This document shows, in pieces, positions 55,360-64,000 of a stretch of DNA of 64,000 bases. Numbering within the stretch: position 1 is the stretch's first letter; each line of letters begins with the position of its first letter. Where the stretch lies: IMG/VR virus record IMGVR_UViG_2773858005_000001, positions 1,962 to 65,961 of that record; one strand, written 5' to 3'. The notes below the pieces were generated by a model that saw only the letters and a list, made by a program, of their open reading frames with translations, was not told the origin of the DNA and ran no database searches. The DNA is from a virus. The position numbers and the translations under genes are program-made.

Positions 55360-57753
55360 CTAATTGATTGGCACCACTAAATTCATATTTAATAGGGTTA
55401 CTTTATCTACATTATTAGCTATGATCCCACTAAAATAAATTGTACCATCAGTACGAATCGCAATTTTTCTCACACCTGTTGTTCCTGCCACACTGACAGT
55501 AGTTTCCCAAGCATAATTTGGTCTAAACCCCTTTGGCAAAGTAGCATATACACTCTCTTCTGCAGGTGCATCAACTTTACCTCGAATAATTATTTGATTA
55601 CCATTATTGGCTACCCTCAAATCACCACTTTTTGCTTCACCACTAAGAGGAATATCAACATATGTTTGCGTTTTAGCATCTTGAAATTTCACCCAAACAC
55701 CTGAACTAGCACCACTTACAATACGCTGATAACTTCTAATATAATCATTTGAGTTACGAGTCAGTTTTTGTACAAAACTACCTGATAAGTCTCCAGAACT
55801 CACTTTAAGCCACCAACCTGCTACACCTTTTTCCGGATGATCCATAAACGCTGTTGAACTTGGTGTCGTTATATAATATTCACCTGCAATCCCAACGTTT
55901 GTAAGCATATTTTTATATTTTTCTGGAGCTAAATATTCGACGACATTACTTTGCGAATTATGAACAGTCCAAGAACCAAACGAGCCATCTAGATTTAAAC
56001 TTCTTTCCATTGTGAAGTTTTTTCTAGAATATGAAAATCGTGTAATTATTTGACGTAAATTATAATGTTGTTCACCAGCCATATTTTTAACAAACATCCC
56101 CGAGCCACTAAACTGTGGTGAAGGTATGTCCGACAGAGAATCAACAATGGTTGTAGTCAAATAATACTCTCCCGGATTTCGTAAATCAGACAGTTTCTTT
56201 AAACCATCTGGAGTTGAATGAGCACGTCCATCTCCACGAGTTATAGCATAATTTTGAGCGCTTATTGCACGAATACTATCAAAATGCTCTTGTGCTCCTC
56301 TTTGGTGAATAGCATAAATCATATTGTACCTTTTTTGCATTCCCCCTGACGTTATTCCCATCAACAACGATTCTTTTCCTGTAAAAGGATTTACATAATA
56401 TGCCAAACCTTCGGGCTCTCGGTAATTATCTGTGAAATTAGATCCCGTTTCATTTGGTAAATCAAAGTCACGTGTCGCGAGTAATTTGCCTGTCTTCATA
56501 TCATATTTTAAAACTCTTATCGCATTAGTTGACCAACCAGAATACCAATAAAGCGTTGTATTATGAGAAACAGCTCCTTGCATCGGCCTTTCATCATTAT
56601 TTTCATTTTTTGGTATTTGAGTTTTATACAATACTTTATCAACACCACTTTTAATATCAGATAAATCCCTAAGTTCGCAGAGACCATCACCACGACGAAT
56701 TAACATATAGCCGTTCACCATATCGACTACTGGTGTGAAATAGATATTGTTTAGAGTCTCAGGTGTATAATCTTTAAGACTTGAATCGTATGTCAAAACT
56801 GAATTTTCTTTATATGGTACTCTAATAAGTTTTTGAATTCCTGTATTGGTTCTTATAATCGTCCAAATGTAGACGCGATCACTTTCTCTTTCAATCCCAA
56901 AGTTAGTACCATGTCCACCATTTTGGACTTCCATTTTTGATAAAAGCTTGCTTCCATTAGGTGAAATATGTGAAATAACAAAACCTTCAGGTGTTTGACT
57001 ATTAGATTGCGAAGCATAATATTGAGAAGTAGCGCTATCAATATTAAATGCTTGTAAAACTGCATTACGAAATGTTGCTAAATTACCAACAAACATTGGT
57101 TCGAATTTTTCTATGTCTAAACTATGCTCAGCATCATCTAGTGGTTTCAAAACTGCATCCGTGAAATTAACACGCGCCTGTAATGTTTTATGCTCAATAC
57201 CAAAAGGTTCTGATTTCCTAGATGCAAGCAGTTCATTCAGGATTACACCGCCGGGATCAATGCTTGCTAAAATTTCTTTGACTGATTCGAACCAGTCATC
57301 AAAATCACCCATTGCATGTTCAATCCAATCCTTTAATGAATCGATTAAATCACTGGCTGTCCAAACATAATCACACCCTTGGTGCATGGGGGAAGATAAT
57401 GCTGACCAAATGATGTTGTAGTTAAAATCTTTTGTACTATACACTGCTTCTTTATTTGATTTAAAACTAAAATAAGCATTACAACGTCCAACAGATAACA
57501 TCGCCTCTTTACGCAATTGATATTCCACAATACCATTTGTCGCGTCGACAATTCGCGCAGCATCAACCACAATATGATGCTGTGCATCAACCATATTAAA
57601 TTCTGCGGATACGCCACTTAAATTTTTCACTTTCCCATCTTCAAAGATCGTTGCACGGAAAATTTGTGATTCATCATCATCTTGTCTCACTCTAATTAAT
57701 TCCACTTGATTCGCAACAGCTGTTGTACTTAACTTAAATTGATATACTGTCAT
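55360..57753 (-). CDS. Receptor-binding protein: BppU-like N-terminus, beta-propeller and tandem C-terminal modules
   Basis: RVRQDDDES; AVLQAFNID..GGHGTNFGIE..MQG..EPEGL; two GEYY repeats, similar in layout to staphylococcal phi11 Gp45 (by recall). Confidence 0.7.
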   Translation of the reverse strand: MTVYQFKLSTTAVANQVELIRVRQDDDESQIFRATIFEDGKVKNLSGVSAEFNMVDAQHHIVVDAARIVDATNGIVEYQLRKEAMLSVGRCNAYFSFKSNKEAVYSTKDFNYNIIWSALSSPMHQGCDYVWTASDLIDSLKDWIEHAMGDFDDWFESVKEILASIDPGGVILNELLASRKSEPFGIEHKTLQARVNFTDAVLKPLDDAEHSLDIEKFEPMFVGNLATFRNAVLQAFNIDSATSQYYASQSNSQTPEGFVISHISPNGSKLLSKMEVQNGGHGTNFGIERESDRVYIWTIIRTNTGIQKLIRVPYKENSVLTYDSSLKDYTPETLNNIYFTPVVDMVNGYMLIRRGDGLCELRDLSDIKSGVDKVLYKTQIPKNENNDERPMQGAVSHNTTLYWYSGWSTNAIRVLKYDMKTGKLLATRDFDLPNETGSNFTDNYREPEGLAYYVNPFTGKESLLMGITSGGMQKRYNMIYAIHQRGAQEHFDSIRAISAQNYAITRGDGRAHSTPDGLKKLSDLRNPGEYYLTTTIVDSLSDIPSPQFSGSGMFVKNMAGEQHYNLRQIITRFSYSRKNFTMERSLNLDGSFGSWTVHNSQSNVVEYLAPEKYKNMLTNVGIAGEYYITTPSSTAFMDHPEKGVAGWWLKVSSGDLSGSFVQKLTRNSNDYIRSYQRIVSGASSGVWVKFQDAKTQTYVDIPLSGEAKSGDLRVANNGNQIIIRGKVDAPAEESVYATLPKGFRPNYAWETTVSVAGTTGVRKIAIRTDGTIYFSGIIANNVDKVTLLNMNLVVPIN

Positions 57754-57765
57754 TTTATTTCCTCC

Positions 57766-60504
57766 TTATGGTCTCTTTAATCCTAAATAGGGTGCAGGAT
57801 CTTGGTATGGTCCCCACAAATCTGCTCCCACAGAGAAGTGCAAATGTGGGCCTTTTGATTGTCCTGTTGAACCCATTGTTCCAATTTGTTGCCCTTTTGT
57901 TACTTTTTTACCGATATTAACCATTCTTGTCGTTAAATGCCCATAACCGGTGCAATTATCATCGGCATGCTTAATAACGATGTATTCACCAAAACCTCCA
58001 CTTGATGCTGTTGATAACGAAGCAATAACCTCTCCACTTTCGGCCGCAAAAATAGGACTTCCACTTTTATCAGCAAAGTCCATTCCTTTATGCGTTTCTA
58101 TATTTCCCGGATTCAATGGATCATCACGATCGCCAAACCACGAAGTGATTTGATAACCTGGTGCAACTGGCATGCCGTATTTCCCACCTGGTTTTTTTAA
58201 ATCCTTAAACTTGTCATACCAAGCCTGAGCATAATCTTCACGCTCAGGATGTGCAGCGGCAGGTCTTTCAAAGTTATAGAGGAACGCCTTTGCAGCTGTT
58301 CTAGGTGATGTTGATGCTTTGAATCCACTGACTGTTTTGGGTTCGATAGCTCCAATCCATTGACCCGATTTCATACTCCATTCAATTAAATTGACTTGTG
58401 GCACAATTGTTCTGTAATCGTCAGTGATGTTTGCTGATTTCATCAACCTTTGGACGTATTCACGACCATTGTCGGTCGGTTCGCCAACAAGTGGATACGC
58501 AGAACCATCCCATTGCACAAGTCCGTATGCAGGCCCTCCGACTTGTTCGGTGTCAGGGTTCATTTGAGGACCCGATTCACCTTGGATATTTCCGAGTATA
58601 GCTGCAGATGCCGCTTTACTGTAGCTATGCCCTCTTAACGTACTCCAAATCGCCCAAGCTCGCTTATCAATGTCACTTGTTACCTCAGGTGGATATTGAC
58701 CATTCCAACCACCATTCCCTCCACCCGTTCCGCCATTGCCATCAATTTTAATTCCATTGACATAAAAATCACCTTCAAGTCTTACTTCACCAAAGAGGTT
58801 TAATTGCCGTTTATCTGCAGTTGATGATGCCGGAATTTGAACCACAGCCCTAGATAAGGATTTCACTCCACTATTAAGTGATAAAATTTGACCTTGTTCT
58901 TGAATGAACGCAACACCATTAGCTTTACCTTCAGAATATGTTGGCAAAATTGATGCGATTACTTCACCATGTTGATGTTCAATCTCCTCACCTTCAACTT
59001 TTCTTTCAAATGTCAGCTGACCACCGTCTAAAACAATTTGAAATTCATCCTCATCAATTGATTTTATGATATTACCTTTAATCAAAATACCGCTTAACAC
59101 ACCTGCACGAATATAATTCGCATTAAATTCACCATCAATTGTCCAAGCTGTTTCGAATTTATCTTTGTCAAAATCGCCATTAATAAAACCGATGCCTTCC
59201 GAATTCATCACTAAGAAGTGATCCGATTCTTTTAAGCTCTCTTTATTCATGATAACCATCTGATAAGGTTGTCTTGATTCACCTTTTTTTGCATCCCACG
59301 GTGACATTAACAACACTGATCCACCTTTAGCTCCACGAATAATATCACTTTGCCACTTACTTACTTCAGTTGAATCATAAAAATTCATTTTGACACTCTG
59401 CAATTCAGATACGCCATTTTGTACGTTGGCAAGCTGTGTTGTAGCCGAAGACCCCTGTAAATTATCACCTAAACTTGTGTCTACTTTGTTTGTTAAACGA
59501 TCATACTTAACTGAAAAGACACGTGTTTGATAATGATAGCCCTTGTCATAATCGTGAATACTCACTCTATCTCCAATCGAGCTGGCGCCAATCACTTCGC
59601 TTGAAAATTGTACCAACGGTCGAGAATTATCTAATAACATTTGATAAGTGGCTGTTAATAGTTCCTTGTCATCCTCAATATCGTCAAAAACAACCACTTG
59701 TTCTCGCCTGCGCATTTCGCCATTTTTCATTGGGATACCATGCACTTCAGTTAGCTTTTTCAATTCCAGAAAAGCCTGCCCTTTTGGTTTGACGACAGGT
59801 GTTTTCCAGTCAACTTTTTCGAAACCTAGACGTTTACCTTTACCATCACCAACATCTTCACCCTTTCCTCGACCAACAATACTTGTGATGATATTGGAAC
59901 GATTTTTAGTACGTACAACTTTTAGCGCCGTACTGCCAACTTCGTAACGTTTAGTGCTTTCTTTTCCAATTTTATCGTGTAACTCAATCCATTTTTTTGA
60001 AATACCTGTACCGCTAATTTCACATCTGAATAGCAGCTCACAGCCTAACGACTGAATCGTTTTCAGCGCATCTTTAACCGAGATATATTGAAAAGTTGCA
60101 CTGGCTACCTTGTTTACTATCCCCGTTACATGCCACTCTCCGTCTGTTGCTTTAACGACTTGCTTCGCTATTTCAGTCAATGTCTGTTTCTGAGATTGCT
60201 CTTCCTTAACGATATAATTACTCAGCTCATCGAGACCAAAATTAATGCCTTTAAAGTTCATTATCTCCGCATCAATTTCCTCTTCTTGTATTTTATAAAG
60301 TGAATAAACTGACTTGCGCTCTCTAACTGCAATGTACTCTGCTTGTTCAAGTTCACTATCATACAAACAACTGACCGTTAAAGTATCTTTCAATAAGTCA
60401 GATTTATCGCTTGTTATTTCCTGTTCTTGCAGGCATTGCATTAGTGTGCGATTGTTCTTCATTTTAATTAACTGTTGTTTGTTATCAAAAAAGTAGACAC
60501 TCAT
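57766..60504 (-). CDS. Tal with phage-tail lysozyme and M23 peptidase domains
   Basis: AAILGNIQGES..GLVQWD..FLYNFERP; HKGMD..YGHL..GPHLHF. Confidence 0.88.
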   Translation of the reverse strand: MSVYFFDNKQQLIKMKNNRTLMQCLQEQEITSDKSDLLKDTLTVSCLYDSELEQAEYIAVRERKSVYSLYKIQEEEIDAEIMNFKGINFGLDELSNYIVKEEQSQKQTLTEIAKQVVKATDGEWHVTGIVNKVASATFQYISVKDALKTIQSLGCELLFRCEISGTGISKKWIELHDKIGKESTKRYEVGSTALKVVRTKNRSNIITSIVGRGKGEDVGDGKGKRLGFEKVDWKTPVVKPKGQAFLELKKLTEVHGIPMKNGEMRRREQVVVFDDIEDDKELLTATYQMLLDNSRPLVQFSSEVIGASSIGDRVSIHDYDKGYHYQTRVFSVKYDRLTNKVDTSLGDNLQGSSATTQLANVQNGVSELQSVKMNFYDSTEVSKWQSDIIRGAKGGSVLLMSPWDAKKGESRQPYQMVIMNKESLKESDHFLVMNSEGIGFINGDFDKDKFETAWTIDGEFNANYIRAGVLSGILIKGNIIKSIDEDEFQIVLDGGQLTFERKVEGEEIEHQHGEVIASILPTYSEGKANGVAFIQEQGQILSLNSGVKSLSRAVVQIPASSTADKRQLNLFGEVRLEGDFYVNGIKIDGNGGTGGGNGGWNGQYPPEVTSDIDKRAWAIWSTLRGHSYSKAASAAILGNIQGESGPQMNPDTEQVGGPAYGLVQWDGSAYPLVGEPTDNGREYVQRLMKSANITDDYRTIVPQVNLIEWSMKSGQWIGAIEPKTVSGFKASTSPRTAAKAFLYNFERPAAAHPEREDYAQAWYDKFKDLKKPGGKYGMPVAPGYQITSWFGDRDDPLNPGNIETHKGMDFADKSGSPIFAAESGEVIASLSTASSGGFGEYIVIKHADDNCTGYGHLTTRMVNIGKKVTKGQQIGTMGSTGQSKGPHLHFSVGADLWGPYQDPAPYLGLKRP

Positions 60505-61268
60505 AACTCCACACTCCTATACACAATTGACAGCGTTGCAACATCGCTGGTCACTCGATCGCCAGTTTTGAATTGAAAATTTGAAAAATCGCTATCCAAG
60601 TCGAGTAAATTTGTGCGATCGACATTGTTAACAAACACCTTGCCGTTTTTAAAGTCAAAAAGTACCACGTCATTGACTGCTAAAGTTTCACTCGTTATTT
60701 TAAGCGTTTGTGAACCATTCACAATTGATAAAGTGGACGTTTTTGTCATTTTAGCAGTCACAGTTATTGGTGTAACTGGGTAATGGAGATGATGATTAAT
60801 CGCACCGATTGTTATATTTTCAGCACCATATTTATAAGGGTCAGAACAAAAAAGTGTAAACGTACTGATAATATTGTTCGAACTTCCTTCTACTGTATCC
60901 GCTGTTTCAAAGCGTCCATAGTAGGTTGTCGTCGGTTCGTCTTCAAATGAAATAGCGACATCTTCCTCACGATACAAACGAAACATTAACTCTTTAAAAT
61001 CGCGTTGTAATTCTAACGCATTCTTATTCTGAAGTTTATAAGTGACAGTGATGATACGTGCTGGCAATCGTTGATTCGTAATAATTGCACCAATTTGTGC
61101 TTCTGTACTTTCCAAAACGATGGCTGTCATTTCGCGACCTTCAACTTTTAATGTTGTATAACCTTCCAATATATCTTCCAACAAAAATCCATCATAACGC
61201 ATAGCTGATGTTGGTATATACTTCATTTTTCTAAATGGATCTTTTTTTACATCTTTAAATGTGTACAT
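60501..61268 (-). CDS. Distal tail protein (Dit)
   Basis: ARIITVTYKL..FTLFCSDPYKY. Confidence 0.85.
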   Translation of the reverse strand: MYTFKDVKKDPFRKMKYIPTSAMRYDGFLLEDILEGYTTLKVEGREMTAIVLESTEAQIGAIITNQRLPARIITVTYKLQNKNALELQRDFKELMFRLYREEDVAISFEDEPTTTYYGRFETADTVEGSSNNIISTFTLFCSDPYKYGAENITIGAINHHLHYPVTPITVTAKMTKTSTLSIVNGSQTLKITSETLAVNDVVLFDFKNGKVFVNNVDRTNLLDLDSDFSNFQFKTGDRVTSDVATLSIVYRSVEL

Positions 61269-61283
61269 CTAAAAACTCACCTC

Positions 61284-62669
61284 CTAAATTTGCATATTGA
61301 TTTGTGTTTCGCCACCTATCGCATCAGAAATATCTGCAACAAATGCTGTGAAATTTTGTTTGCCAATATTAACTACGAACTGGGCGGGTTGTGTTGTTGC
61401 AGTATTACTTTGACTCGCATCAGCTGTAAAAGAAGCGCTAATGGAATGGCTCATGCCGTTAACATTACTCATAACGTCGCCAAAACCATTTTGCAAACCT
61501 TTATCAAGACCAAACATAATACTTTGACCATTTTCAACGAGTAAACGTTTGTCATATGAAATTGGCCCCTTATGGTCTTTAATCCAATCCCCGATGCCAC
61601 TAACGAATTTTTTACCCGCTTCCCATGCGGCTTTCAACCCATTAACAAATCCATCAATGATTGCTTTACCAGCATCAACTAAACTAAATTCTTTTATGAT
61701 GTTAAACACACCAATCATTTTGTCGATAAAACCAGCTACTTTGTCAACGCCACCTTGGAAAAAACCAACAATACTATTCCAACAATCGCCTAAAAAGTTT
61801 GCCACCGCATTAAATGCTGCGATAGTCTTCGCTTTAATCGTATCCCAATGTCTAATTATTAAACCAACCACAATACCGATAGGTCCTCCTAATATAGACA
61901 AAAGAGTGCCTCCCCATTTTTTGAAAAAGTCAACAATTGCAGTAAAGATAGCGACTACTTTATCTTTTATTGCCGTCCACAAATTCGAAAGAAATTCGCT
62001 AATTGTTTCCCAGTTTTCATATACGAGTATTGCAACTGCGGCTAATGCCATAATTGCAAGGACCGCTATTCCCATTGGACTAGATACAAGCTTTAGTCCG
62101 TCTTTAAAAAGGTCAATCGATGCTTTCACAGTCGCTATCGTTTCTGCTACTTTAATCAACACGACAACAACTGTCCCAACTGTGAGAAAGGCGGCAACTA
62201 AAGCCGTGATAATTGGAATCAACGTTTCACTATGTTCTTGAAAATAACTGAGAAAAACCATGACTGGTTCCATTAATTTCGGGATATACGAGATGATAAC
62301 GCCAAACCCTTGATCGATCACCGAGATAATTTGACTAATAACGCCATTTATCTGGGTAACAAGTTCATCAAAGGCACCTAAATCAGCAGATTTAAGTGTT
62401 TTTGCAATTTCTAAAAAGACATTATTTAACCCATTGTCGATGGCACCCTCGATATCACCCATCGCTGTTTTAGCACCTTCTGAAATTGAACTGAACACGC
62501 CAATCTTATCAAATATTCCTGCGAGTGCTGAACCCATTTCTGCTATTTTTTGTGCTGCACCAAATGATACATCAGCTATTTCTTTTGTTTTATCAATGGC
62601 TGTTGTAATTCCAGAAACAAAACCATTATTGTCTATATTTAATTCCATGCCTGTTTTATTAGTTCCCAT
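61284..62669 (-). CDS. Short tape measure protein (461 aa)
   Basis: Trp/Phe-periodic helices (NWETISEFLSNLWTAI..), HKGPISYDKRLL motif. Confidence 0.85.
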   Translation of the reverse strand: MGTNKTGMELNIDNNGFVSGITTAIDKTKEIADVSFGAAQKIAEMGSALAGIFDKIGVFSSISEGAKTAMGDIEGAIDNGLNNVFLEIAKTLKSADLGAFDELVTQINGVISQIISVIDQGFGVIISYIPKLMEPVMVFLSYFQEHSETLIPIITALVAAFLTVGTVVVVLIKVAETIATVKASIDLFKDGLKLVSSPMGIAVLAIMALAAVAILVYENWETISEFLSNLWTAIKDKVVAIFTAIVDFFKKWGGTLLSILGGPIGIVVGLIIRHWDTIKAKTIAAFNAVANFLGDCWNSIVGFFQGGVDKVAGFIDKMIGVFNIIKEFSLVDAGKAIIDGFVNGLKAAWEAGKKFVSGIGDWIKDHKGPISYDKRLLVENGQSIMFGLDKGLQNGFGDVMSNVNGMSHSISASFTADASQSNTATTQPAQFVVNIGKQNFTAFVADISDAIGGETQINMQI

Positions 62670-62683
62670 TTTTTTCTCCTTTC

Positions 62684-63079
62684 CTATTTATTCGCTTTCA
62701 TCATTAAATCTGAAAAGTCGTTATCCTTTAATGCTTCTTCTTCCTGACCTAACACCATTCTTTCACGTTTCGCATAGTCATAAAATTTTTCAAATGATGT
62801 GTAATACGGCCGCATTTCTTTGCCCATTTTTTTCGTAGCTTTAACTTGTTGTGCTAGCCAAGCGGCTTTATGCAGCGCATAGTCTTCGTCTACCATCTTT
62901 AATTGAAATGCCGTCATCTTGAGCGTGTATTCATAAAATGTCATACGCTCAATTTTTTTTAGTTCTGTCATGTTCAAATGTCGAAAGCAATTAATAATAA
63001 TTTGTTCATAGTTTTCGAGTGAATTGAGGATTATTTTGTTTTCATCGCTTTTTTCGTATCTCTGGCTATTAGCTTTCCC
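62684..63079 (-). CDS. Tail chaperone extension (gpT-like) via -1 frameshift at G GGA AAG
   Basis: GGGAAAG at 63079-63073 in frame; -1 frame open through the 97 aa ORF to 62684. Confidence 0.8.
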   Translation of the reverse strand, partial: GKANSQRYEKSDENKIILNSLENYEQIIINCFRHLNMTELKKIERMTFYEYTLKMTAFQLKMVDEDYALHKAAWLAQQVKATKKMGKEMRPYYTSFEKFYDYAKRERMVLGQEEEALKDNDFSDLMMKANK

Positions 63080-63378
63080 GCGTTGTTACTTTCGATCTCG
63101 GCCAAGGTTTCCTCAAATACTTTTTCGATTTTATCACACGATTCTAAATAACTTTCAATATCTTCTAATGCTGGTCGTTTCGCCTCTGTTGAAGTGGCAC
63201 AATGCAATACATCAGCTAGCGCTACAATACTACCTGAATGAATTTCAATTAGTTTTGTTGATAATCCAGTACCAAATTTCATGCCGTTGTTTTCGATAAA
63301 AAACTTTTTATCCAATTCACGTACAAACTTAATTCCAAAAATAAACACCTTAACTTCTCCATTAATCTTTAACTCCAT
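63031..63378 (-). CDS. Tail assembly chaperone (gpG-like)
   Basis: MELKINGEVKVFIFGIKFVRELDK; position. Confidence 0.85.
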   Translation of the reverse strand: MELKINGEVKVFIFGIKFVRELDKKFFIENNGMKFGTGLSTKLIEIHSGSIVALADVLHCATSTEAKRPALEDIESYLESCDKIEKVFEETLAEIESNNAGKLIARDTKKAMKTK

Positions 63379-63398
63379 TACAATTCCTCCTTTAGTAA

Positions 63399-63427
63399 TA
63401 AAAAGAAGCTAGGTTTCCCTAGCTTCT
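63399..63427 (-). terminator. Terminator-like hairpin after the major tail gene
   Basis: AGAAGCTAGG-GAAA-CCTAGCTTCT plus T-run. Confidence 0.75.
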
Positions 63428-63459
63428 ACTTGTATAGTTGATATAATTTTATCGATCTG

Positions 63460-63984
63460 TTAATTATTATTCCCAGCAGGTTCTTCAACTTTCACAGTGT
63501 CTTTAAACACGTATGACACAACATTCGCTTGTTCCTCAGTCAAAGTTGCATAACCTTTTTGTCCGACACCATTAATAGCAAATTCCATTTCTAGTGCTAG
63601 ACCATCCTCAGAATTGGATGTTTTTGAAAAACTTGAAACATAACCTTGGAAATATGTTGCTTTAAATTTATCACTGTTTTTTTCTGTGCCTTTTTCTGCT
63701 TTATCAATCTCCCAAATTTCGATAATTTCAGCTGCATCGAAAGCATCATCTAATTCATCAATGTAGGTATCTCCTTTGGCAATAATCGATGTCGCTGAAA
63801 ACTCATAAACAATCGGTGCCATATTTTGCAATGGACCGTCCTTGGTCGGAACTGCTTCATTGTCACGGCTTTTAGCATTACTATGTTCCGTTTGGAATGC
63901 CATCTTCCAAGCTGCCCCATCCTTTTCATTTTTTAAAATACGGTATAATAGAATAACGTCAATTCCTTTTTTTGCTTCAGTCAT
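63460..63984 (-). CDS. Major tail protein, TP901-1 family
   Basis: KKGIDVILLYR..AFQTEH..TKDG..IEIWEID..YFQGY..GVGQKG. Confidence 0.92.
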   Translation of the reverse strand: MTEAKKGIDVILLYRILKNEKDGAAWKMAFQTEHSNAKSRDNEAVPTKDGPLQNMAPIVYEFSATSIIAKGDTYIDELDDAFDAAEIIEIWEIDKAEKGTEKNSDKFKATYFQGYVSSFSKTSNSEDGLALEMEFAINGVGQKGYATLTEEQANVVSYVFKDTVKVEEPAGNNN

Positions 63985-64000
63985 TTTTAAAATCTCCCTT

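Larger units (their letters stand above)
50821..64000 (-). mobile_element. Element 2: TP901-1-like tail and lysis cluster (second prophage or tailocin), continues beyond the window
   Basis: MTP-TAC-TMP-Dit-Tal-RBP-BppU-holins-lysins, all open reading frames intact. Confidence 0.9.

Noticed and set aside
61549-62838. 230-aa and 134-aa plus-strand ORFs
   Set aside because: Antisense to the tape measure gene; typical shadow frames.
63428-63470. Frameshift extension of element 2 major tail protein
   Set aside because: No slippery motif at the stop, and a strong terminator follows.

Overview
Low-GC Firmicute (Bacilli) chromosome segment, almost entirely phage-derived. The host is plausibly Listeriaceae-like but cannot be fixed from this window. 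(1) 1-38810: a near-complete temperate siphovirus prophage, mostly on the minus strand. It has tail, HK97-type head, cos/HNH packaging, tRNA-Asn, an ArpU late activator, a primase-helicase replication module with an origin, a Cro/CI switch, a lipoprotein and a tyrosine integrase, and ends in an attR resembling a tRNA-Arg 3' end. Its lysis genes lie off the left edge. (2) ~38811-47880: a decayed older prophage at the same att site. Its core genes are broken (terL, terS, DnaD fragment) but its AT-rich cargo is largely intact: a Septu-like ATPase+HNH pair followed by a homopolymer-split GIY-YIG gene, a HEPN protein and two membrane proteins. (3) ~47900-50800: small host/accessory genes (DUF2089 pair, orphan bacteriocin immunity, msrA). 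(4) 50821-64000: an intact TP901-1-like tail and lysis cluster with a very short tape measure (461 aa) and two endolysins. It is either the end of a second prophage or a monocin-like tailocin. Most striking observation: the major capsid (+1 at CCC-TAA) and major tail protein (-1 at C-CCA-AAG) of prophage 1 can each frameshift into near-identical 18-aa tails that look like strands A-B of an Fn3 domain. The neighbouring Ig-like gene begins with the missing strands C-G, suggesting a split-domain docking system that decorates both head and tail. Also notable are a densely structured ~270-nt RNA leader before the tRNA in the late operon and three short antisense transcription units. All family assignments are from motif recognition by eye, not from database searches.
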